The position numbers and the translations under genes were made by a program. Shown here one piece after another: positions 25,601 to 37,608 of a stretch of DNA of 64,000 bases (position 1 is its first letter; every line of letters starts with the position of its first letter). Origin of the DNA: Adineta vaga (Eukaryota > Animalia > Rotifera). The stretch is from the NCBI GenBank assembly GCA_021613535.1, contig CP075492.1, forward strand, positions 4,030,001 through 4,094,000. Direction: 5' to 3'. Below the pieces are notes generated by a model. That model saw only the letters and a program-made list of their open reading frames with translations, ran no database searches and had not been told where the DNA came from.

Positions 25601-27262
25601 ACACGCAATTATATTGTTGACCAATGTGTTATCGTTGAGTTCATGCAACATGTTCAATTCAAGAGATAGTCATTCAATTATGAAAAATTTTACTTTATTG
25701 CTTTGAAGTGACGAAAACATGTGTTACGTACATATCTTTTCGAAATTTTTACTTATAATTAAGCAACATTATAGTTAAATTCTTTTTAGAGAAAAAGAAC
25801 TTAAGAATGAGCAACAAAAATCGTAATTAAACAGTTTGAGTTAGTTTTTTTTCCAACAACAACTATCATATAGAGTATGAGCCGTTTCTAATAAGTTGTT
25901 GGCACCAGTTGACGCACCTAAAAGATAATATTTTGAATGTAAACAGTTTTCTCCTCGGTATACGCGAATTTCATCACGTTTTCGATCAATATATTTGATA
26001 TTCTTAGTCAAATTTGGCGCTCATTTTTCATGTCTATGTAAGAACTGAACGAGTTATTTTGTTGAAGGTTCATCTTGATTTTGAGAGTAAAAAGTATAAA
26101 AATTTTCAAGAAAAACATGGAATAATTTACGGCGCAAACAGAGAGTAGATCAGTTTAAAAATACGATATTTAATTAAAAGTACAAATATGTTTACTTGAG
26201 CAATGTAGCATCAAAGTACCATTTCCTGGATCATTGATATCAGATAGATCTAATAAATGTCCTGATTTAGTACTTCCAAACGACCTCTTGAAAATGTGAC
26301 CAGCCACAACATATTTAGTTGAATATTTATTTTGCGAGATTTCGCATTTTAAAATATTCATGTTTTTATTTTGATAAGAAAACTCGATAACTTGCTTTTC
26401 GAAAACGATTGTCGAGCGCTGTCAGTAGATTTGAGAGAATCATTCGTTGATGAATTGAACACTTCCATGTATATCTCCTGAGCTAGAACATAGCCACAAT
26501 CCTTTTCTACAACGAGCACAAGAAACAGATCAATTGAAACAAAACATCATTTCATTTATCCTGTCAACGTGATATTTTTTTTGAACATCGATCAAACAGA
26601 CTAGTCTCAGGAAGACTTCATGGATCATGTTGATCGATAGTTCTTTCATGCTTCGTATTGAGAATGTCTTCACCAATCATTCTTGTGACAATAATTCTTA
26701 ACTAGAAAGTAAATATAGATTGAAATAAGAAGGTAGCACATGAAAGAAAAATCTCAATCGATGGAATTTCGACTAGTGACTCACATCATTGAAAGTCAAT
26801 TCGGAATTGGTCGCTTTAGTAGATAAAATATGGTGTTTGATAATATTATACTGTACTAGTTGTTCACCTGAAAGAAAAATGTACACGGTACAGATCGTTA
26901 TTAACTATATGCAGAACTTGTTATGGTAGCAAACATCCTCTAAAAAAAATGAACTACCGAAATAAAATATCGAATGCTAATGAAGATCTGATTGTCTACA
27001 ATGATCGTGGCAAATATAGTTTAACTAATTTTCATATGTTCGACATCTGATTATTTGAGTAACTCTACTAGTTCTTCTGCTTGAATGTTCCCTTGCCGTC
27101 ATCTCTTCTTTCTTCAATTTCCTCTTCTGCACATTGGACGGAACTCCACGCTTGTTAACCGTAATTACTCGATTGAGAGTTACGTCAAACCGCCTCAATT
27201 CTTCTCATTTAACATACTTCATACACGTATTGTCTTTTGTCTTTGCCAATAATTGATGACTA

Positions 27263-27379
27263 CCCAGAACGATGATTTCGGAAGCAGTATTCTGTCACCG
27301 TAACCCGCTGCTGATCATGACAGATTCTGATTAGTCTCGAGCGTAACTGGATAGATCCAATTATCGGATTCATACAGGG
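27263..27379. mobile_element. Possible degenerate third member of the CCCAG-MITE family
   Basis: Starts ta|cccagaacga and ends tatcggattcatacaggg, loosely like the 3' end of the 28465-28684 element (tatcggattggttcacctgtg). Confidence 0.3.
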
Positions 27380-27972
27380 ATTAACAAGTGAAATAACTGA
27401 ATAGTTCAAAAACTAAATGAATACTTGAATTCAATTATCGATTTTGAAACTCTACATTATTGATAAATGTAAACTAGATTGTGGTGTGTGCTTTCTCTTT
27501 CTTCTGTAGTGCATCTTTTCTTGTTTTTGTTTATCATATACGTAAGTTGATAGTAAATGATTCTATTCTTTTGTTTTATACAAATAAAGAGACACACACG
27601 AACATATGATAACATTTCCGTACCAAAAGTCTCAATGAAAACCTACACCAACAACTATAAGTACTGAATGAAACGACACTAAATTTTCGCGACGTGGCAA
27701 AAATAGAAATTCTTCTGATGTTTTAGTCATTCGGTTATCTTTAACACATATCACTGGCACAGTAAGAAAAACAAAAGTTGGATTATGCACTTACAAATAC
27801 TTCAACATAAAGAAACATGAGGATTGTTTGGCTTTTTCATTTTGAAATAAATCACAGACCAACTTTGATCTTTCAACGCCAAACGGCGATAGAATAACAC
27901 ATTTGATTGCATTATCAAACATGATTTGTTTTTTTCCATGCCGTATAAATCGGAGGATGATAGAACAAAATA

Positions 27973-28244
27973 CCCAGGTCAATCATTCCGAAGGTTGGAA
28001 ACGGCGCCTCAAGCGACCAGAAACGGTCAGAAAACAGCAATTTACTGCTTTAATTTTCACCTTATTTCATCGTAATCCGTTATTCCGGATTACGAATGCC
28101 GTTTTCGGCCGTTTCTTTCTACGAAACGACCATCTTTTTACACTGTATTTCTATACATTTCTGGGTTAACGGATTATGGCGAAGTATTAGACCCGATTTT
28201 CTACCGTTTAAGACAGTTTACGACGCCGTTTTGTTGGACCTGGG
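27973..28244. mobile_element. Non-autonomous DNA transposon (MITE), CCCAGGTC TIRs, TA target-site duplication
   Basis: ta|cccaggtcaa ... ttggacctggg|ta with a GC/CpG-richer interior. Excision restores the codons TGG TAT of the host pseudogene. Confidence 0.85.
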
Positions 28245-28464
28245 TACCAAGCAGCAGCTTTTTCAAATGAATTTGTATAATTAAATATTTCAACAACAAA
28301 TTCCTATACAATCGCGAAAGAAACATAATATATAATAGATTGAGTATATATTTTTTTCCATTGTACGTACTTTTAATTGTAATTCTTCATCTTCAGCAAA
28401 ATGAACAGTTTATCGAATTTCAATAATTTTGTGTAAGATGCTTTGAGCTTTGTCATATTCATTG

Positions 28465-28684
28465 CCCAGGTCGACAAAACCGATAGGACCCTATGGGATC
28501 CAAGGTTCCTGCAAAATCTTATCGGATTCCTGGTGACGGAACTGTATTGGATTCCGTCGGAAGCAGCAAATTTTATGAGCGTTCTTTTAGCTATATTTTA
28601 TTACGGCCTTACGGCCACCTGTCGGATCATCGGATTCCGATAGAATCCCGCATGGGATCCGAGTATCGGATTGGTTCACCTGTG
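28465..28684. mobile_element. MITE with CCCAGGT-type TIRs, TG 2-bp target-site duplication
   Basis: tg|cccaggtcga ... ttcacctgtg|tg with an interior rich in ggatcc/cggattcc motifs. Excision restores the in-frame I-E-N-N-E-Y. Confidence 0.75.
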
Positions 28685-29198
28685 TGTTTTCGATTAAATA
28701 TTGAATAGATTTCAAATGAAAACTTTTATCAATAGCAGTCGGATCGGACATTCTACGAATACAGAAAATAAATTTATCCTGTCCGCGGCTAAAACATTGA
28801 TTCGAGAAAAAACTCATCGATCTTCACGCTGCATTCATCGATGATCTTCAGCTTTCCTAATTCGTGCAAGATAAACACCAATATGATATTCCTACTGAAT
28901 TTACCTGTGCACATTGAAGCCTAATCAAAAACTAATAATGATAATACGTAGTAATGTAATGGTAATCTATGACTCAAAAGACCCGAAATGGAACAGAAAA
29001 ATATCATTCATTCGTAAGTATATGGGAACAGTAACAACAGAACTTCGAGAGATGTCACAGTGACCTACTGCGTAAAAGAATTTTTCCTATCTCAATGAAA
29101 AGTAACTAACATTACTGCCATTACAATTTCACTATACATAACATTTATACGAAATAGAAATCTTGTAATACCAAATCAAATCAATATATTTTGTTAAT

Positions 29199-29252
29199 TC
29201 AGGAAAAAAGTTTTTTGAACAAATCTGAATATTTATCTCCACCAACCATAGG

Positions 29253-29283
<31 letters not shown>

Positions 29284-29872
29284 TTAGTAGGAGAAGGAGA
29301 AGAGTCTATTTGATTTAGTTCATCTAATGTGGCATTTCCATATTCTCGAACAATATTTCCATCTTGTTTGATTGTTGTATGATGTTTATCTCCACAAATC
29401 TTCGTCACTGTTTCTGTTTTATTCTTTTCATTTTGATTCAATGATTGTTGAATTTTCTTCTCAATTATACATTTTCCTGATAGCGTTGTTTCTCGATGCA
29501 TCGATGTCATTGTTGATGAACTCGAAAATGTTGAAGGAAACGCACCACGAAGACCACGTTGTTCAATTGTCGAGTCAAGATTTTCATCACCATAATGTTT
29601 GTCTAAAGGAAAAAAAAGTAAGAAGATAAACGAGTAGCTTTGGTGAATGAAGATACTTTACTTTGATTATCTTGTTTAAGAACTTCATCTCTTAGACTTC
29701 TTGATGGCAACTGTGCACTATCGTTATTAAATTCTTGTGAAGGTATGGAAAATACAGATGAAAAACCAGAAAAAAATCGATCAAAATCGGCAAAAATTTT
29801 ATCCATTGGACTAAAAAGTCCACCGAATGGAAATTCATCATCTTCATCATTGTCATTATTATTCTCATTCAT
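29199..29872 (-). CDS. HAX1: HCLS1-associated protein X-1 (HAX1)-like, 204 aa
   Basis: Exons 29872-29662 and 29602-29199. Acidic N-terminus, FDRFFSGF, SLRDEVLK (HAX1 TLRDSMLK), NLDSTIEQRGL (DLDSQVSQEGL), TETVTK, C-terminal DLFKKLFS. Confidence 0.7.
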
Positions 29873-30340
29873 TTCTAGTTCAAATTAATCTATAGAGAAA
29901 AAAATGAAGGTAATTCGGATGTTATTCGAATGAAATATGTCTTCATGATAAGAAGAAATAGAAGATGATGCTATTGACTAATTAAGGATTATCAAATTTA
30001 TGCATAATCTTCAGCTGAAGAAAAAAGGAAAATTTATACTTCGAATAGTATCATATACTTCTTGAATTGTACTATAATTTACGATGAATATATCATGTGA
30101 ATACGTTCTTTTCTGGCTCTGATTAAACAATTTTAGTTAAATTTCCTTTTCAACGAAAAAACTGAAGAATGAACAACAAGAACAATAATAATAATAATCA
30201 AATGATCTTCATCGTAAAAGAGGAGAAAAAGAATCGTTCTATTGATAAGTTATGTTTTAAAACTGATAAATATATATATCCATTAAAAGGTAATAATAAT
30301 GAAATAAAATTCAAGTAAAAAGTTCTTGGTTTATCTTGTT

Positions 30341-33300
30341 TCAACGAAATTGACTCATGGATATTCTAAGACCGAGAGATTCTTTTCCAATTTCAGTTGC
30401 TTTCGTCACACGACATAGTTGTCCTTTGAATTCTGGTAGATAAGCTGCACCAGACAATGGACATTTCACTATTGGATTTCCACTAAAGTAAAAGAAATAA
30501 AATATTTAAGATACATATCGAATATATCCGAAATTCATACCGATAGATTGGAACATAGGATGCAGCACAAATATCAAATGGATTATATTCATCATAATTC
30601 AATGGTTGTTCATCAATTGGATTCTTTTCACAGACACTTAATACTTTTCGTGTCTAAAAACAACAAAAATGAAATGATGTGAGAATGAAGTGAATTCTAA
30701 TACGAACCTGTTGAGCAACATCAGGTGTTGGTCCTAATTCCAAGAGACGTTTAGCAAAACTTGCTGCTATTTTATAATTTTTCATTTTAAATGCTTGATT
30801 CAATGCAGATTTCAGTGTCATTATTTTGTGTACAGGTTGTAATTGTAGATGTGTGAAATATGCAGCTAATTCACACGAACGTTTTTCATCATCTTTTGCT
30901 AAATCTTTCTTTGCCATTGACATTTGTAGTCCAACAATGTATTCTTTACAAATTTCGATTAATTGTTGACTTTCAAGAATGTCTTGTCGTGATTCAACAA
31001 CAAGTAAAGGAGCAGATAACAAGATTGAACGGAATTTTTCAACTGCTTCTTGAAATTTACCATTTGTTGTTAGACGATAAGCGATTTGAAGACGTGCAAC
31101 TAATTCTTCTAATTTCATACCGACAGCTGGAAAGAATAGCTTAGGTGAATGTGCATCACGCCTTAAATGAGAAAAAAAACGTTTTTTTATGTTTCATTAC
31201 GATTATAAGAGAGAAACAAACCAATTTCTCAATGGATATGCATATAATGCTGGTAATGATGGTAATGCTGTATAAGCTGTACGTGAACGTGTATAAATTT
31301 GAAGAAAGATTTGTTTGTATTCTTCGAAACTGACAATACCAACTTGATCATGTAATAGACGCATAGCTGATTCAAATGAACCACTTAAAACATGATCGAC
31401 AGCTAATTTGGAATTTTGTACCCAATATTGTGGAACAGATTGCCCTTTTGTTGGCGCAACAAAGTATCCACCTGCATCATCTTCATCACCTGCGCCACCT
31501 CCTGCACTAGCTCCTTCCTATAAACATATGAAACAATCTTTTCAAACAACAAAATATTCGAAAGAAATGAATTACTTACAAGATCAGGTGGTAATTCAAG
31601 ATCAGTATCACCCCAACCTTCACCTTGTTCATCTTGATTTGCGTTAAGATTTTCTCTGCCAATATCATCTTCATCAAGTTCCATCTGAACTTCATCATCG
31701 GCCCAGTCACCACCACTTGTAGCTGTATCTTCAATGCGATGATCAGCAGTAAGTTTCGTTGGAACACTTGGTGTTAAACCAGTTGTTGTTGCTGGTTGAT
31801 TTCCTCGAATTGCTGCACCATCAAAGAATCCTTTGGAAACAGCTAATAACGGCCAATTAGATTCTTGTTGACTAATTGGACATGGTGGTAAAATTAGTTC
31901 AGCATTAGGATTTATTTCAGGAATCTAAATAAACAATCGTATTGCATCATTAATCCCAAAGAAATATGTTTACTTTATCATCAAGTGAATCTCGTAATTG
32001 TTCAGCTTGTTCATCAAGACCATGTGTAGCTGCCATGACATATGCCAAAGATTCTATATTGAAAGAGATAATTTGAAAATAATCCTATAATATATGATTG
32101 TGAGATGTTTTACTTTGATTGCATTGTCGAAGAAGTTTCACTCGTTCTTCAACATCACCCAGTAACATAGCAATTTGAAATTGTCCACTAACATCTTTTC
32201 GTACTTCAGCTATTTTCATCATTTTTCTTAGTTTTTCTAAATTTCCCGTTATTAAATAAAGAAAAGCTAATTTATCAAAATTTTTCGTTCGTTGATATGC
32301 CATTTCAACAATTTGATGATTTCCTTGTAATAAAGCAATATCAGCTAATTTTTCCCAGCATCGTTTATCATCCAAAGCGCGTGCAGCTTCCAATGCAATC
32401 TAAATAGAATAGTTCAAATGATTTTTTCAAAACAGAAAATAAAATTTACATCAATATTTCCACATTCAAGTGCCAAACCAAATCGTGTTTTTTCATCTTT
32501 AACAAAATGAAGTGCAACTTCAGGATAACCTTTCTTTTGAAGATATGCAATGATACTTTGACCAACTAATTTTGCCGTTCGTACCATATGAAGTACTTCA
32601 TCATATTTACGATTAATTAAAGCTAATTTAAATTTAAATTCAGTTGGATCAATAGTTAATAATCTTGGTCGAACTTCACGATCCAAACAGAAGACGCTAT
32701 TTCCTTTGACTTTTGTTATATAAATAGGTAAATCAAGTGTACGAATAATTCCATGATCACCATTAATAAGTGCATATTTAATATGATTTGATGTTGTATA
32801 AATGAAAACACCTGAATCATCCCAAGCACCTGATTTAACAGGAACATTTTCTTGAATAATACATAATTGTTCAAGTTTTCGATTACAAATAACTAATTGA
32901 TGTTTTGCTAATAAAGATAAATAATTCATATCATTGGACCAGATTGCGTATTTAGCTTTGCCAACACGGACACTTGCTAATGAACGTTTTTGTTGAGCAT
33001 CATATAAACTAATATGATCATTTTCACGAATTAATAAAAGACCGGTACCAGCATAGAAGATTTCATCACAATTGTTTAATTGAATCTTTTTTGTTATTTC
33101 ATTTTTATTATTTTTAATTAAAATCACATGATTTTTATCAAGTACAGCAAATCGATTTCGTGCAACCCAAACAGCATTTAAACCAGATGAACGACGACCT
33201 TCAGGAGCTACAAGAAAGAAAACATATTGTAACATTTTATAAAATGTCATGTTGATAAAATTTATGAACAATGAGATCAAATTTCACATTGCTCTTTATT

Positions 33301-34616
33301 TAAACGATATTCTTACCATCTGGAGTTTGTGATGCGCTTGATGATTCTCCGGCATCTTTTGGAATGGTATAAAGATCATAAATAGATGTATCCGGTTGAG
33401 ATGGTACACGCGTGGTTAATAGAATAGCATTTTCAGCTGGATTGTATGACATCGAATAGTACGGTGATCGTGGACCACTTCAATTGAATATATAGATAAT
33501 AAAAATTTAATCGAAATAACATTGAACTTACCTTCGTAATTGCATTAATGGAACATCTTTTGATGTGGTAATTTCCAATCGACGTAAATATTTTTCTTTC
33601 ACATAATAAACAAGATTTCCAACAACAGCATAAACTGGTCGTTCACGTTCTAATTTGAAAACAATCATTCCATTATCATGACCAGCAGCAAATAGATTCA
33701 ATGTTGGATGAATTGCTAAAATCCAGAATCGATCATTTTCACGTCGAAATGTATTGATTGAAACTCGTTTAGTCATATCCCAAACTCGAATGGATTTATC
33801 TTCACCATTTGATAAAATTAAATCTTGTCGAGCATGAAATATTACACAAGATACATTATTATAATGTCCACGGCATGTATCAACTTCCCAAGCTTTATTT
33901 TCATTCATACGCCATAATTTAACTACGCGATCATCAGCTGCTGTAACAATTAATGGCAATGTTGGATGAAATGTTGCCCAATTAACACCACGATCATGTC
34001 CTTCTAAGACATGTTTAACAATAGCATCGGCTTGTCCAAATAAATCAGGCGTTCCTGTTGTACGTTGAATTTGTGATTGAATTGAGTCAGGTGCTGAATA
34101 GACATTCTTTTTTCTTAATCCTGATATATCCCAAACTCGAACAGTTTGATCAAGTGATGCTGATACGACTAAATCATCAGTTGGATGAAATTGTGCACAC
34201 ATAACATAATGATTATGTCCGGTCATGACACAAACACATTGTCGTGATTGCCAATTCCAAATACGAATTGTTTGATCATCACTTGCTGAAATAATCCATG
34301 GATATTCATGATGAAAAAATGTTGTACGAATATAATCCAAATGACCCAATAATGTAAATAAACATTTACGTGATTTATAATTCCAAACTTTAATTTTATA
34401 GTCATCACCACCACTGACAAATAAAGGTTGAGCACTATGAAAATGAATACCACGAACAGGTCCATCATGTTCATCAAATTTATCGATTAATGTTTTCATT
34501 CGATAATCCCATAATTGAATGATGCCCGAATGAAGTGATGTTAAAACCCATGGACGTTTAGGATGAAAGGTTAAACCTTTCACACGTGCTGATTTCGATT
34601 CAAACTTTGTCAACAT
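30341..34616 (-). CDS. COPA: Coatomer subunit alpha
   Basis: [33 protein letters not shown]40 N-terminus, coatomer WDAD region [29 protein letters not shown]-terminal [16 protein letters not shown]...[10 protein letters not shown]. Multi-exon. Confidence 0.98.
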
Positions 34617-34725
34617 ATCTAGAAAAAAAACGAAAAATTTACATTAATTATTCACAAAAGTGAATTCATTCTAAAAAAATGTGAAAGAAATTTAGAAAAA
34701 ATTACTGTGAGAAAAAAAGTACTGA

Positions 34726-36921
34726 TTAGAAAATATTGAGAATTATCGAAATGACGAGATAATATGAAGGAGATACTACTATTGATTGTGAAGCATAATA
34801 AAAAACAAATTCATCAACAATTTGCCAAGGATTTCGACCATCATCATAACGAATTGGACAACTATCATCTAAATAAATTCAATTAAAATATAACCTAGGT
34901 AAAATTTAACAAGAATTGAATCACTTACGAATACGTTCGGCTTCTTCAAGAATGATTTTTAAATCTGCACCATCTTCAGCTTTATAACTTTGTGATGTTT
35001 GATTAAATCCACAAAATGATCCAGCTGATCTTGATAAATAAATCTTAAATAAATCCATTCGCTCATAAACCCAACATTTAAAGTTAACATATGGATCATC
35101 ACGATCATATGTAATCAAATATGATCGAGAATCTTCTCTCCAATATCCAGCACATTGATATATATAATCTGGTTGTTCATAAACACCGATCGGAGTTCCA
35201 TATGGATCTACTTGTCGACAATATTCTCGATCAACAAACATGGATTTTGTTTGATCACCACACATTGTCCATTGAGAAACAACAAAGCGTGGATCGCACG
35301 TTATATACCATCCATGATCACGTGGACGAGGTGTAACACCACCACGAATTCGTGTTCTAATTAACGAATTTGACTGGCCAACTTGTTTAAATGTCCACAT
35401 ACCAGTAAATGGACACTCAACAGATGCTGGTGGATCCAAAACAAATACTTGATATTTCCAAGTAGCATCATTACCAAAACTTGTCCATGAACAAACTTCA
35501 TAAAGTGGATCACGCTTTGATAAATCATCATAAACATTTGACATAAACGATTTCGATTTTCGATATCGTAAGATATTATGATGACGAGATTTAAAATCCA
35601 AACAAATATAATAAGAAAAACATTCACCTTTTGTAACAGCTTTAACTAAATATTGTTCTCGACTAACTTGTTGACAAACATAGTATGTTTCTCTTAACCA
35701 ACCACGATTATTCACTCGAGCTATTTCATGAATATGTGTTGAATTAATAATCGTTCGAGCATTCACATTGGCTGTATTAATCCATTCACCAGTAAAATTT
35801 TTTGGAAAAAAACAAGTTGCAGTTGGAACTTCTGGAATGATTGGTGTAATAATGACTTTTTCTGGACCATCCGTTGGTGAATATAATCGTGAACATTCAG
35901 CAAATAAAGATTTAGCAAACCATTGTGGTTGATCTTTTCGTGTTAACATACAACGAAATTTATCATACCAACGTTCTGTTCCAACACGTTCATTTGCAAT
36001 ACCGGTAAATATATCACCTTTTTCATTCATCCAATAACCCAAACATTGATATAACGGTTGAGCATCAATCGAAGAAACGAGATCACGACAATAACCATAT
36101 GTCATCCAAAAACGTTCATTAACGGCTTCGAAAGGTGTACCTGGATCAGGACATGAAACTAAACGTGAGATGGAATTATCACATATTCCAATACCACCTT
36201 CACGAAATTCGTAGGTAAAATGAAATGTCCCATAAATAGTCGCACGACATTCTTCGGCAGAATAAGTTTTTGCTAAATAGAAAGATAAAAAGAAAACATT
36301 CGAACAAAGAAATAAACTTACAAAATAAAGTATCAAATTCGGATTCTTCATTAATAGTTAAACAAAGATCTTGAAGATTCATTTGGTTTGATTCGAATGA
36401 TGTTACTTCATCACATTCACTTCTTCGTATTTGAAGAATATTACGAGTACGATTATAGATTTGATAACATTGATAACATGATTTTTCTCTAAAAATTGAA
36501 TCAATTGTTTTTATCATTTATTAAAAATTCAAATTAAACGAACTTATCACGATAAATCAATTCATAATGATGTTTTGATACATGTTGAAAAGAGTTCGAT
36601 CTCCAATTGACCATATAACATTCTCCGAGTGCTTCATTATTTAAAACTGTAGTAATTTTTGCTGTAGCACCAAGGCCAGACTGGCGTCGATAAAATGATC
36701 GAATAATCTCACCATTTGCTTTAAATGATGTATGAGTTTCTAAACCATTTTCATACGAATAATATTCACCTAATATTGGATGATCAAGCTTACATCGATG
36801 TTGGCTATTGACTAATTGAATTCGAAAAAGATATTTTATTCGAAAAAAGAAATAAATAAATATTATTTCAATGCAAACCTGTTCCGATGAAAAATACAAT
36901 GAAAAATGGCGTTATAGTCAT
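34726..36921 (-). CDS. Secreted, probably GPI-anchored Cys-rich repeat protein of a conserved invertebrate family (CPF.G.w.F / Y.C.GyW repeats)
   Basis: Signal peptide MTITPFFIVFFIGTVNS (spliced). Repeated modules YQCLGYW/YQCAGYW, CPFTGMWTF and CFFPKNFTGEW. Hydrophobic C-terminal tail ending in TAA at 34726. Confidence 0.75.
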
Positions 36922-37608
36922 CTAGAAAAGAAAAAAAAATGGTTACACGTCAGCTTTCTACATCAACCAACCAATTTCAAGTCAATAATATGATTCATCC
37001 GAATAACTAGCAAGCAGAAAAGAGACAAACACTTACGACACGTACACAATTCGAGTCGATAAAATCGAAAGTTGATATTCAGAAAATATGAATTCTTTCG
37101 AATTGATATTAGCTCATCGATATTCTTCTTCTTATAATCTATCATTATGATGATCTCTATGAAATAATTAGAATAATGTTAATTAAATAGGAAGATTTCT
37201 GTTGTGAAATAATCGTCATTCTCAATGTGATTTTACTGCTTTTGATGAATAAGAGAAGTAGAAATATGTTTGAATGAACTTAGATTTTCATAAGATCAAC
37301 AATTAAAAGCGCACTGATGACAATCAGATTAGGATTAACCAAGAAATAATTCGTTAATTAGTTCAATGGATTTGAGTTGTATTGAAAATTTCCAAAGAGT
37401 TTTGAAATTAACTATAATAACTAGATCTAAATAGCCATTTTGACGATCTAAATCAAACAAAATGACGAGACTCTATAGAGAAAGGTCATCGTTCGACAGA
37501 TGTCCTTCTATATCTATGAGCCTTATTTGTTACTATGACATCTTCATTGATAATGAATCAAAAGAGAAATTCTCTTATGAAAAATTTCCTGTCTATGATT
37601 GTGAGAAA

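Larger units (their letters stand above)
27791..28930 (-). pseudogene. COP9 signalosome subunit 4 (PCI-domain)-like pseudogene interrupted by two MITEs
   Basis: After removing the inserts it reads ..KSIQYLIENNEYDKAQSILHKII..EDEELQL..NSFEKAAAWYFVLSS..KQIMFDNAIKCVILSPFGVERSKLVCDLFQNEK. This resembles CSN4 ([63 protein letters not shown]). Stops and a frameshift are present. Confidence 0.65.

Noticed and set aside
26170-26560. Short ORF and a CARC..GLWLC fragment, possibly a transposase or zinc-finger relic
   Set aside because: No recognisable catalytic motif, termini or continuous frame.
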